The notes under the pieces are model-generated. The model made no database searches. It saw nothing but the letters and a program-made list of their open reading frames with translations, and was not told the DNA's origin. This document shows positions 50,801 through 61,720 of a DNA stretch of 64,000 nt, piece after piece. Both the position numbers and the translations under genes were made by a program. The stretch lies in the NCBI RefSeq assembly GCF_023055435.1, contig NW_025963779.1:32612001-32676000 (forward strand), written 5' to 3'. The stretch's first letter is position 1, and the number at the start of each line of letters is the position of its first letter. Source of the DNA: Haliotis rufescens (taxonomy: Eukaryota).

Positions 50801-53800
50801 TATTTACTGAGGGGAGAAATGAAAGAAAAAAGAAGACAGACTTCAAACTGCATCCCTTTGTGCTCATAGTCTTAACACTTTTCACAGGCATTTAAAACTA
50901 ACCTTACCATGCTTACAGGGCATTTCATATCTTTTCAACAATTGGAGAAAGACGATCGATGATTCAAGTAATGAATACAGATAAGTGTGTAGGCTAGATT
51001 GTCAGAAAATGGGAAACAGGATGCAACTGACACCAACTACAAGTTTTTACCACTTTACAATGAACTGGCTTATCTTAAGAACTACCTACCCATCAGGGGT
51101 CACATGCGTGTGTGCATGCGTGCTACACCACCCTCGGTAATATTGCAGGTGAATGAATTGTGCTGTTGGCTACCTCTTAGGTATATGGAATCCATGTTAT
51201 GATATACGGTCTCGAAAATGTCTGTTGGCAAATTTTAGAATGTCCGGTTGGCCATGTTTCAAATCGGACATTTTGCAGTCACAATCGGACAAGTCCGGTG
51301 CACAGACCGGTTTCTGGATCCCTGTTGTGGATATATATCGGGAAAAACTCACCAAGAACAGTAAATTTATATTAACAGCAACGATCCAAACTGTCTGGGT
51401 ACAATGACACGCAATCAACCAAGTCACCAAACCTGACCACACGAAGACAGGTTCTGGGGAACTATTCTAACCTAGAATCCCCATAGTCCTGCTCTACGTC
51501 TTGTAACAAAGCAAGGCATCTTACCTTCTGTGTTATAGCCTGATTGAGGCCCTTCAGGTCAGAATCTACCTTCTTCCTGCGTTCAAAGGTAGCTTCCTTC
51601 TCTGCTCTTATACTCTTCAATGAATCCTCTCCTCGACCTCCAATTGATTTCTGTGGCCTGTCAAGGTATCTTTACTGAAGAATTTAAGCTCTACTTATAC
51701 TAACATACCTCTAAATAATATATTACCCAACAAATCATGTGTCCTCAGCTCAGCTATAAAATAATATCTTCAGATGAACATTCAGAGTTCTCGGAGTGCA
51801 TCTGATTGATGGAGGCATGGGTTATTCACATCTGGAAGAATTGTTTGTTTGTTTGTTTGTTTGTTGTTTAACACTGCACTCAACAATATTCCAGCTATAT
51901 GACGGTGGTCTGTATATAATCAAGTCTGGACCAGACAATCCAGTGATTGACATCATGAGCATCGATACACGCTATTGGGATATGATGACATGCATCAACC
52001 AAGTCAGCAAGCCTGACCACCCGATCCCGTTAGTCTCCTCTAAGTCTTACGACAAGCATAGTCGCCTTTTAGGGCAAACATGGGTTGCTGAACACCTATT
52101 CTACCCCGGATCTTCATGGGTCAAACCTGGAAGAAAACCCACTATGATCCTGTTCTTTTTACTCAGTAAAATAGATAATTTAGTCAGCAATTGATTACAG
52201 CACTGAGCATGCTGAGTGCAAGGATACAAGTTCTGCCTCCTTCTCACGGATCTCTACCATGATAGCATCCACCTCATCATCCAATCGCTTCTTGCTTGGC
52301 GGGCGTGTCCGCCGCAGTGGCTCTGGGGGAGAGATAAATAAGGATAAAATCAAGTCAAAGTTAAATAGGATTAAGATTTAGAATAACTAAATATAGCTCT
52401 GAGGCCTGGATGCTCACCGGGAACATTGAAAGTGAGTGTAGCAGTCTGAGGCTTTAGCCTATAGCCTGAAACCCAAGTCTGGTCAAATATCTTTATTTGT
52501 AAAATCAGCAGATTATTGTCCACGTAATAAGACTTTTTGTTTGTTGGGTGTTTATCGCTGCACTGAGCAATATTGCAGCTATATGACAGCGTCCTGTAAA
52601 TAATCAAGTCTTGACAAACAATCCAGTGATGGACATTGTGAGCTATGATCCTTGCGGTCGGGGTACGATGACACGCAATCCATTTGGTCACCTCTAAGTT
52701 TAACAACCAGCATAGGTTGCTAGGGCCTATTCTAACCAAGAATTTAGGGCCGGGATGAGTCCAAATTTACTACCCAGGTATCCATCCCCCTATTACCCAA
52801 CCCTACCCGGGTACCCGCTGTAGATCTCAAGAGGTCTGATTGGGAAAAGTTTGACTGTAGCTCTGGTAAAATGTGTTTAGATACAGGTATAAAATGATCT
52901 GGTCATGCATACACTGAAGTTGACTGAAGTTTTGTTTTCATTCAAGCATATAAAAGTCAGAAGGAATGGGCATAGTAGTCAGGAAGAACTGCAAACATTA
53001 GTGACTTGTAGTTTTAGATACTTTTTGTCATTAAACAATATATCACGTGACTAACCACGAGTCCGGGTAGTCCTGTGGGTACCCGGGTCCTACTCAGTAC
53101 CCATCCGACCCGAGTACCCGAGTTACCCGTCCCAGCCCTACAAGAATCCCCGGTGTAATAAGACTAATATCAACTGATGATGCAAAAATACATGTTCGGG
53201 GCAAGAACACTCAAAAGAATAGACTTGTGTTTATCCATCAAGAAAAGAATAAGGCCGTTAATTGGCTGTGTAGTGTGGTCTGTTTGACATCAGGGGACAG
53301 GATTATATACTAACACAATAGTCTTTAATTTAAGAAGTTTCGTTGAAGCGAGATAAATCAATGTATAGTGGTATCACCACACTTGTCGTTGCACTTTCTG
53401 AGACATAAGATGTCATTTTTGTAAACAATGGTTATGAGTATTACAGCCAAAATTGAGTACATCATCCCATCTGAGCAGCTTGATCACTTTTCTATTTCTT
53501 AATAGTATCTGTTACAAGTGATGGAGAGAATAGGGTTTTATATATATAATAGTCACTTTATTTAACATGTGTTCATGTTGTTTAACGCTGCAGTCAGCAA
53601 TATTCCAGGTACATCACAGTGGCCAAAAATAACTGAAAGTGGGCCAAGCAAACCAGTGATTGATATTCAGTGCAATGTCCCACATTAACTGGGTAATAAG
53701 GCACACAATAAACCAAGTCACCAGCCTGACCTCACAATGACATGACAAGCATTTGAGGTCTACTCTAACCTAGAATCCCCACTAGTTCATCTGAAAAACT

Positions 53801-53980
53801 AACCTGAAGATTGCACTTGAATATAAATAACATATATATACTGTAAACAATTATATATGACTGATATGCAGATACAGCAATATATGAATGAACCAGCAAC
53901 ACCTCAACAATGCTCAAGGAGAAGTATTACATCATTACTATAATTAGTAACAGCATGACCTATTTCTCACCATGTGGCAT
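41044..53980 (-). CDS. Bfr1-like (nuclear segregation protein Bfr1 / proton-pump-interactor-like) coiled-coil protein, 12 coding exons, ~643 aa
   Basis: Hand-built phase-consistent GT-AG model: 53980-53971, 52322-52199, 51657-51525, 50233-50163, 48854-48753, 48255-48183, 47573-47477, 46326-46170, 45155-45001, 44307-44183, 43017-42901, 41811-41044; 1932 nt with no internal stop. Motifs RPPSKKRLDDEVD, KLSQEKKIVAEIDSLKRSKK, PYEDEKSLCNTLIQYL, LRKSDEEEF plus a basic patch, and THTPHVISQFSSLNLSAPSSLVEIPASLEHL occur in the order I recall for Bfr1 (not searched). The exon 2/3 junction and the 3' end are the least certain parts. Confidence 0.85.
42180..42445 (+). mobile_element. SINE family C (no tRNA head), full length
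   Basis: Perfect 14-bp TSD CCATGCCTTTGGGA (42166-42179 and 42446-42459), (AACC)n tail, shared GCTGGAATATTGCT tail. Confidence 0.93.
42901..43017 (-). CDS. Bfr1-like exon 11
   Basis: TTTCAG|TKPVTHTPHVISQFSSLNLSAPSSLVEIPASLEHLQGRK|GTAATG. Confidence 0.9.
43220..43565. mobile_element. Tc1/mariner (pogo-like) MITE
   Basis: TA|CTGCATTCGACGTAATAAGCGCCC ... GGGACGCTTATTACCTTGAATACCG|TA. A related left end TA|CCGTATTC lies at ~55948. Confidence 0.75.
43778..44031 (-). mobile_element. SINE family B
   Basis: 12-bp TSD CTTGAACAATGA. Confidence 0.9.
44183..44307 (-). CDS. Bfr1-like exon 10
   Basis: TTACAG|CAPALENEDGYRLLRKSDEEEFPPLGRRSSKSRRRSRKLSM|GTTCGT. Confidence 0.85.
44770..44980 (-). mobile_element. 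tRNA-derived SINE family D, resembling V-domain (V-SINE) elements
   Basis: Head GACCGCCGCCGTGGTCTAGTGGTAGAGTG, then ATACCAAAAGACATTAAAAGATGG...CCCTGTCTGGCGCTCGGCATTAAG...ACTGGTCAGCTCGGAGTC. Resembles the V domain as I recall it. Confidence 0.65.
45001..45155 (-). CDS. Bfr1-like exon 9
   Basis: TTCCAG|EEMEALKEPYEDEKSLCNTLIQYLHK...SSSQ|GTGCGT. Confidence 0.9.
45252..45525 (-). mobile_element. SINE family B, full length
   Basis: 12-bp TSD AGTAAAATTCAG. Confidence 0.92.
46170..46326 (-). CDS. Bfr1-like exon 8
   Basis: TTTTCATCAG|INELYERKRSMVAEFRKQ...LLEAQQKE|GTGAGG. Confidence 0.9.
47477..47573 (-). CDS. Bfr1-like exon 7
   Basis: CTCCAG|HYFRTVNQLKAKEEDIRKKSSTNKSRAEVLKK|GTGAGT. Confidence 0.9.
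47983..48152 (-). mobile_element. SINE family A, full length, beside an older degenerate copy at ~47825-47970
   Basis: TSD CCTCTCAACATA / CCTCTCAACGTA; A and B boxes intact. Confidence 0.93.
48183..48255 (-). CDS. Bfr1-like exon 6
   Basis: TTTCAG|SYLSMKKEIDESRDRQRRMREERD|GTGAGT. Confidence 0.9.
48753..48854 (-). CDS. Bfr1-like exon 5
   Basis: TTGTAG|KLEWNMKVQNFKLSQEKKIVAEIDSLKRSKKML|GTTTGT. Confidence 0.9.
49447..49536. repeat. 39-bp tandem repeat, 2.3 copies
   Basis: Unit CCATTATAAATTAACTAAGGGATAATATAGCACACCAAG. Confidence 0.9.
50163..50233 (-). CDS. Bfr1-like exon 4
   Basis: TTTTCAG|MNALSKLQSSLHYTTEEKHNDAI|GTAATG. Confidence 0.88.
50360..50613 (-). mobile_element. SINE family C with an internal 20-bp triplication
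   Basis: 5' end ACCCGTGAAGATCC at 50613; (ATGCCACACCCACCTATATG)x3 at ~50378-50437. Confidence 0.8.
51525..51657 (-). CDS. Bfr1-like exon 3
   Basis: SLKSIRAEKEATFERRKKVDSDLKGLNQAITQK|GTAAGA. Exon start at 51657 or 51650. Confidence 0.8.
51841..52122 (-). mobile_element. SINE family C, full length
   Basis: Starts GACCCATGAAGATCC; (AAAC)n tail; TSD core CTGGAAGAA. Confidence 0.92.
52199..52322 (-). CDS. Bfr1-like exon 2
   Basis: TCTCCCCCAG acceptor; EPLRRTRPPSKKRLDDEVDAIMVEIREKEAEL. Donor ambiguous: exon ends at 52199 or 52228. Confidence 0.75.
52745..53140. mobile_element. hAT-type MITE inserted in an old family C SINE
   Basis: TIRs TAGGGCCGGGATGAGT / ACCCGTCCCAGCCCTA; 8-bp TSD CAAGAATT / CAAGAATC; many subterminal TACCCG/CGGGTA motifs. 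Confidence 0.85.
53971..53980 (-). CDS. Bfr1-like coding exon 1 (MPH; 5' UTR part extends to ~54112)
   Basis: AAGATGCCACATG|GTGAGA with an upstream in-frame TGA. Confidence 0.6.
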
Positions 53981-56427
53981 CTTTGAGCATGTGCTTGGCA
54001 CAGAGCCAAGTCAATGTTGTCAGGGTCCAGGGTCAACGTGGGTCAACATTTCATCAGCAAAGAGGAGCTTATCATTAAGCTTTGGAGATATCGTGGAGTG
54101 ACATTCATATTTCTAGAAGAAACCCTACTCGGATATAACTTTAAAACTAGTCATTTGAGTATCAATTTCAGCAAAAGCTCTGCTGAAATCCCTTCCATAG
54201 GCTTATGATGACAAAGCAGTGATATCAAAAACCTTGATTTAATCTTTGCTTTCATTTGTTTTATAAATCATTAATTATATTCAGAACAAGTACTCTTCCC
54301 TTCTAAGTATCAATCAAAAGACACCTTACAAATACCTATATAACACACAAACATAAAATTAAATACTTATCACGCTTATAGCCTGTTTGCACATTCCAAT
54401 TTAGTCAACTTTCAAATGTGCAATGTTGCTTGTGTGTAAATATCTGTTTGAAATCTAGAGGGTTCATTGGGTCCTTTAGACTTCTGACTGTCGCAGTCAA
54501 GATCACTTCCTAATTCTTTAAATTCATTCATAAATTTAACAAATTTTAAACATTGCAAAGATCCCTGGCATTCACGCAACATTTGGACAACCTAACATCA
54601 ATATACATCCTTCTCTCCACTTGTCACAAGAATATTTGCTACAGATCATAATGATATTAAAGCACTGTAAATCTGTTGCTGGCTAGTGTTAATATTATTT
54701 TGTCTGCATGATAATGATGCATACCATAAAAATACATTTATGAGTTATATGTGTGCATTTGAATAATACCTAAAATAATGTCTTTTCCTGTCAAGTTTAA
54801 TTGTCATAATCCCAGTTTCAAATTAATATGCTCATTTTCAAGAAGAATTGCTAAAAAAAGAGCAAAGCTCACCTCTCAATTTTTAAATTACCAAACAAAA
54901 CGTTAACCACAGCCTTAGTGAGGTGTAAACATGTAATGGGTCCTCCCTGATGAGGAAAGGTTAACCTCATTACACACCTGTTCTACCTTCATGCCTCAAC
55001 CACAGGTCACACTCAATTAACGGAATGACATACCTCTTGCAGAAAGCATTGTGATACTGTGTCTTCTTTAAAGTCAAGGTCCATTTGCGAAAGCAACAGG
55101 AATCTTGTCAATGAACTACCAGCTACTGCAGTAGATCAACACACAAACACCTGAGGAAGACCGTCAAATGGCTATTTTTAGCTCTCAACTACATGACTCA
55201 GTGAGCATAGGGCCAATCAGGTATGAACACATCCTTCTGGGAAATCCAAGGTATTGGATGTGAACAGTGGAAATTCAAAATGATGACAGAGGTCAAGAAG
55301 AGTCTATAACTGAGGCGAAGAATTCAACTCTTTTTACCATTGTTTATTATTCATGACCTGATGCATGTGCAATTGCTAGGTACTTCTTTGCCATGCTGAA
55401 TGCACTATGCAGTATATTGTATATATACTTCCTGTATGGTGAATAATAAATCATACGGTTCATGCAGGGTTTCCATCTAAAATAGTGATCCTTGGAAAAC
55501 ACTTTTTCAACCACCCAAGACGACTTTGTCAGGCATAGTCATGAGTTATGTCTTGACAATTTTCTTCAATGTGATATTTTTTAGTATCTCTGAAATACCT
55601 TCTGGGTAGTTGCACCTTGCTACCACATGCAATATCATGTGGAATAGTTTTGATTCTACATCTACATAATTTGACTTACACTGAAAATGAATTTTCATCA
55701 CCCTACATGAGTCAAACATTATTTCTTGAGTCAGGCAAACCGTAGAATTTGAAGCTGGCTTTGACTCAATTTAAGAAAAACCATAGCTAAGCTGATTTGG
55801 TTTATCTGCTGAAATTATGTCTATTTTGAGGAGGATTCTGTCTATTTTGTGGCGGATTATGTCACAAATGAGCCAATTTTAGCTTCTTCACCTCAGTTTA
55901 TGAGCACCATTGGTTTACTCCTTTATTCAAATAAAATGGTATGTATCTACCGTATTCGCCATAGTGAGGCATCTGGCGCTTTAAAAATTGACAAGGGGAC
56001 GGGGCGCTTATTAATATCATACTCTACAAGTTAAATTTATTTTCAAAACCAGTAGTGAACAAACTTAGTTTAAATGTCGATGAAACTTTTTCGATAGCAA
56101 TTATTCACCCCTTCTGCAGCGTTTTCTATAAAAAATGTGCAACATACACAAGATCATGTATATTTTCTAATCTTATCCAATGGTGCTTATGTAGATTACT
56201 TGCAAACTGGTTTAGAAGATAATCAGTGGGTGCTTAAAGACATGTCATTTATAATAGAGGTGGGTGGGTCAGAGGGAAATGGGGGGAGGGTCGCCAATAA
56301 GTATGACAGTCTCTTGGGGAGGGTCATAAAAATAATTGTGTAATGAAAAATTGGACATTCTAATATAAACCTTAAAGTGTGTTTGCATTATATCTTTTGG
56401 GGGACAGTTATGATTTGAACGGCATGA

Positions 56428-56665
56428 ACCCATATGCTTGCTGTAAAAGGCGACAATGCTTGTCGTAAGAGGCAACTAACGGGATCTGGTGGTCAGGCTC
56501 GCTGACTTGGTTGATGCATGTCATTGGTCCCAATTGCGTGGATCGATGCTCACTCAGGATGTCAATCAGTGGATTGTCTGGTCCAGACTCGATTATTTAC
56601 AGACCGCCATCATATAGCTGGAATATTGCGGAGTGTGGCGTAAAACAACAAACAAACAAAAACAA
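56428..56665 (+). mobile_element. SINE family C, 5'-truncated
   Basis: GCTTGTCGTAAGAGGCAACTAACGGGATC core, shared tail and (AAAC)n. Confidence 0.88.
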
Positions 56666-57171
56666 CCACATGCTGATTACAATTTGTTTCACCTTCTGGG
56701 TTACATTTGTGCACTTTATGACAGAACAGGTACTTGCATATGGTATTATCTTGTATGTGTGTTCCTATTACATTTTATAGCTACATGTCTTTATGCAATA
56801 CTGGCAGCAGACTGGTCCAGATTTCTAGCACATTTTTATAACAGTGTTGTTGATTCATCTTTCTCCGAAGTTATGAACAAAAATGGTGATAAAAAAGAAG
56901 CAAAAGTTAATATACACATTTTTTACCATTCCCACAGCTGCTGATAATAAATCACAATGCACTGTATAGATGGCATTCAAACACCAACAGCTGAGGCAGA
57001 TGGCATTTCAGGGGTTATTTATTTTTTCAATGTAGTTTCATCATAGCTGTCCGCTGATATGAAAATGACACACATTCCGCAGACAGTGGCATCCGCCTGG
57101 TCAGTTTCAGCTATGACCAATAATTCTGGCGACCCAGATAATAGTAAATACTGTCTTAGAATTACATAGAA

Positions 57172-57401
57172 TTTGTTTGTTTGTTGTTTGATGCCACACT
57201 CTGCAATATTCCAGCTATATGACGGCGGTCTGTAAATAATGGAGTCTCGACCAGACAATCCAGTGATTGACATCATGACATCCTCGCAACTGAGATACAA
57301 TAAAATGCTTCTACCAAGTCACCGAGCCTGACCACCCGATCCCGTTAGTTGCCTCTTACTACAAGCATGGGCTGCTGAAGACCAATTCTAGCCCAGATCC
57401 T
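57172..57401 (-). mobile_element. SINE family C
   Basis: Same body and tail as other copies; single-hairpin variant. Confidence 0.85.
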
Positions 57402-57902
57402 ATCTGTTTGAATAAAAAAGCATTAAATGCTTTTTAAATGAAGGAGTCGTTTATTACGACCACGAGTCGTTTATTTCTTATATGAGATATCAACATTATG
57501 TACAGACTCTTTAAGGATGTTAACAAAATGTAGAAGCTTTAAAAATATTAACCTCTATTTAAAAAATGATGACTCTTCGGCAATGTCGGCAACTTTTATG
57601 CACAGATGGGAATTTCCCTCACATCCTCACAATCCTCACGTCAATAACATGTACCTTTTCTTCCAATACCAATTGTCATATCCCTTCCGGTTTTGGATGC
57701 GATCATTTAGCCATCGCGTTTATCTGCGTTGCCCTGCTACATCTATAGGGAACAACCCACTAGACTCATGATTTGAAAGGGTGAAGCTATAAGTCAACAT
57801 CATATTATGGACAGTACAAAAACTACACACTGTCCCTTCAGAGAATTCAGGTAAACGAACAGGTGATAACAAACTTCGTCAATAAAAAATGTATAATTTG
57901 AG

Positions 57903-58451
57903 ATGCATCTTCCCGAGGCAAGGGAGTTAACTTACTGTAAAAGTCCAGTTTCCATCCTTGCCAAACTAGGTTAGAATTTCTGGGCCTGATCATAGTGCCA
58001 CCAGTGGCTATTACAAGTTCTGTCCCTTCTATGTCCCTCCTGTTGACCAATCATATTCCACCTTTCATATCACTTGCATTTGCTTCAAAAAAGATGACGG
58101 CGCCCAGTCAAGACAATCTGATCGATAATCAAAATCTATATTGTGATAAAACGGGTCTTACATTCGCGAAGTGCATCAAATCAGGTTAGCACCCTGAATA
58201 AAAACATGAAACGATTTGGGAAATATTTGTTGACTGCGTGTTGACGCTACACATGCTTTGCAAATCCTGCAACTGACAGAAATCTGCACAGCAGTTTACG
58301 AACTGGATGTCGATTTCATTATGCAATTTTGATTGGACTATGCATAGACTTGTTAGACCAGCCAAAACATAACTCCATAATTACAGCCAAGTTCGGGACA
58401 GTGGAAACTGGACTTTTATGGTCAGTTGCTTCCTTGCCTCGGAAGATGCTA
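57903..58451. mobile_element. MITE with ~55-bp TIRs (possibly Academ-like; TAG end on the right)
   Basis: GCATCTTCCCGAGGCAAGGGAGTTAACTTACTGTAAAAGTCCAGTTTCCA versus TGGAAACTGGACTTTTATGGTCAGTTGCTTCCTTGCCTCGGAAGATGC. Confidence 0.8.
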
Positions 58452-58641
58452 GACATGATGATTTACCATTTTAGTCGTATTTCTGTTCTGCTAGGCACTG
58501 TTTCATATGCAGAAATAAAGATTACTATGTGTATTTTCTCATAGACTAAGCCAGCAATCATCTGTGCACACATTTTCTACCAATCTATCGGTGATTCTGT
58601 TAAAACACAATACACAATAAATATACCTTCTAACATGTCTA

Positions 58642-58811
58642 GGGGCGGTCGGGTAGCCTAGTGGTTAAAGCGTTCGCTCATGATGCCAAAGACCCAGATT
58701 CGATTCCCGACATGGGTACAATGTGTGAAGCCCATTTCTGGTGTCCCCCACCGTGATATTGCTGGAATATTGCTAAAAGCGGGGTAAAACCATACTCACT
58801 CACTCACTCAC
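58642..58811 (+). mobile_element. SINE family A, full length
   Basis: Perfect 13-bp TSD TCTAACATGTCTA. Confidence 0.95.
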
Positions 58812-59103
58812 TCTAACATGTCTAAGACTTTTGATGCAATGATCAGATAAATCGTATTTGAAACTATTCTTTTATCAGAAATAATACATTCCAATATCGA
58901 GTCATTTTAGTTGCAGCTAAATAATTATAACCATTAAACGTAGCACTTTTGAACAACTAATAATTATTGCCAAATATTTTTTTTAAGTATGGAACAGTCT
59001 GAACAGTCAGTCAATCACTGCATTTGATCATCCAACATATTCAAATCCTTTGTACAGCAGACAGCTATTTCTAATAAAGCAATATTTTAGATGCTGTCCC
59101 ATT

Positions 59104-59708
59104 GCAATCTCATTAAAATCAGATCTACGTTATCGTTGCCGCTAAACAAAGAATTGAGGACATCCCATTACGGGTCACGTTAGAACCTTTCGCAAACTTT
59201 GACCAACCACTTAAATGACAAACAAGAAGTCAACATCAGCCAATTAGAAAGCAGCTTTCTCCAGATTTACGGCACTCGTTTCAACCTGGGGACTTCCATT
59301 TAGGACAACGCTTGAAAAATATGTTGACACAGTTCTCGATTAAAATTTTGAAAACTGAACAAACAAACATTTCAGAATGTCTAATATATGGTTGAGATTG
59401 TATGGCAGTGCTTACAACGTACTGTGCAACGCCTCCTCCATTCAAATGTTCATCCCACGGAATCAAGAGGTAGACGATAATTTTGACGGAATCAGTCGTA
59501 GGGGCCATAACTGTCTTTCGGAATCCTCGTGTTAACGTTTTTGAGGTTGCATGATCAGAAAACACATTCCGACTGTCACTTTCGCGATCTGGTAAGCGAC
59601 GTTTTCATTGGTCAGATGAAAGGTCGTTCTGACGTGACCCATAATGGGATGTCTTCAGATCTTTGTTTTGCAATACCGAGAACTAAGATCTGATTTTAAT
59701 GAGATTGC
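59104..59708. mobile_element. MITE with ~90-bp TIRs, superfamily unassigned
   Basis: GCAATCTCATTAAAATCAGATCT...GACATCCCATTACGGGTCACGTTAGAAC is mirrored at ~59620-59708. Confidence 0.88.
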
Positions 59709-60943
59709 CAGGAAAGTGCTATTTATCACCAAATGAGGGTGTTTTGACATGGTGCAGAGTTAAGATTCCAGAGAATCACAATAGCATGAATTGTGTCTGA
59801 CAGTAACTGTTTACAGTTGCCCCACATCTTTGACAAATCGCTTACAAGATTACAAGATCCATCTAGCATTTAATCATAAGAAAAGAATAGAACACTCATG
59901 CTGACAAGATATTCCACAGAGATCTCAAGATATATTTGTGGTAACATTGCTAATGCATCATCCAGGTTACATGATCCCTAATCTGTTTGTGACCAGCTCT
60001 TAGTCTGTCTTACAGACCCTGATACAATATGTATATATCCAATACAGCCCATGCAAGCCTATATTGTATGGCAAGTCTAGATTACTGCAGTATCAGTATC
60101 TGAAAATGAAGAGAGTCTCTGGGCTCCCTCATATTATATTTGTATTAAGATAATTGAACAACTGTTTGTTTCTTCTGTACGATATGTTCATTTCAGAGAC
60201 TAGATGTTAGTCTAACCAGGTCTCTGCAGTCCAGTAGCAATCTGAATAGTATCAATCTGGTAGGAAATAGGAGTTTGTCTAAGTGCTCAGGTTGTCAACA
60301 TCAAATATTGTTTTTAGTTTTGGATTTAAAACTGTCTAATGTGCAAGATTTTCAGTATGTGGAAAGGTTGTTTCACCAATGCATGTGTGCATAAATGGAT
60401 AAGAACGATGTATGATGAATAAGTTTTCATTTGTCTGTTGCCATTAAATGTTCACTATAATCAACACTTTGTCTATTTGCAGTGAGTGAAAGTTGCTGCC
60501 TATATACTGTCGGGCACTTCCTGGTTACACAGGGGTGCACAACTGTATGATCTCATAACCACTTTCCTGCTAATTGCTCAACGTAAACAATTCATTATAA
60601 TGTAATATATTTATATGCAGATATACTCAAAATGCATCAATGCAACAAAATGGGGCCTTCTATTAAAACAGTGCAATGGATTTTCTAATATAACGATAAG
60701 ATTTGCGGTATGATGAAATTTACTTTCACACACTTTATCTTGTGAACATAAATTGCACGCATGAAACCTTTTAGAGGTAATACAAAGATACCAAATGCTC
60801 AGATAAAAATATGTTCCCACTCTAGCTGCAAATATTATTTTCTTCGTTTGCCTTGTGCCCCAGTCCACACAACAGTATACTGGACTTATGATCACTTATC
60901 GGCAGTCCAACATATTTCACCGAAGCAAACGATCAAAAATCGT

Positions 60944-61190
60944 TCTCACCAGAATCCTCTTTTGCATTTTCGTCCTCCTGTGCATCAGTCATGTTTGATT
61001 AATCCTGATGGTACGGAGGGATACACACATGCTGATGCATCACTTGATGACATAACAAGCATGCATATGACAGTCATGCACGACCGTCATGTACAGTTAT
61101 TTCTACGGCCATCTTAAGTCACGTGACTTGTCTCACGAGATGCGTTGCGGGCGAGGTTTCAAGGTCATCATTAGTAACCAAAGCCAATGA
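60944..61190 (-). promoter_or_regulatory. Probable promoter and non-coding first exon of the Bfr1-like gene
   Basis: Donor CTG|GTGAGA at 60949; YY1-like GGCCATCTT at 61107; palindromic E-box AAGTCACGTGACTT at 61116-61129; TCTCACGAGA at 61131; CCAAT at ~61184; local CpG enrichment. Confidence 0.6.
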
Positions 61191-61549
61191 CTTACATCAC
61201 ATTTGCACCCAAACTCTAATAATTTCAACAAAACTTAACATGTTTTCTTTAAAATATTTATTAGAAACTCAAAGCGCAATGTATCTGTTCCTGATCAATG
61301 AATATCTGGGGCACCTGCATATTTTGGACTACATGTATAAGTCCGCTTTCTATAAATAATTATCAAATATACTATTTTTCATATATTGGTTGTGTAAATG
61401 CTAAGGCATTTTCGTAACATATATGATTATATAATACATCCATTTCAACGACATTGCAAGAGGTACTTTGTTAATAATTGCAATGTCTCTGTGGACTATT
61501 TTTCATTGCGCCTTGACTTTGTAGTGACTCAGCTCAATTCGAACAACTT

Positions 61550-61720
61550 GTTTGGGCGGGAAACAAAAGGGACGCCATCTTGTTAGTTTACTTCTGATGT
61601 GGATAATATGCGGAGTTTTTGTAGAAATTGTATAGATAGACCGCCTGATAGGCGATTTTGTAGCATTTTTAAGGATTAATACCATCGCTGGAATAATATT
61701 TCGGTATTTTGGAGGTAAGT
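61550..61720 (+). promoter_or_regulatory. Probable promoter and first exon of a divergent plus-strand gene
   Basis: E2F/GC-box-like TTTGGGCGGGAAA at 61551, YY1-like CGCCATCTTG at ~61574, and consensus donor GAG|GTAAGT at 61715. No coding exon recognised downstream in the window. Confidence 0.5.

Noticed and set aside
54932-54974. CTGATGAG-GAAA-GGTTAACC-TC, hammerhead-like
   Set aside because: Stem II is absent and the stem I strands are not adjacent to the core. It is better explained as an ordinary imperfect hairpin.
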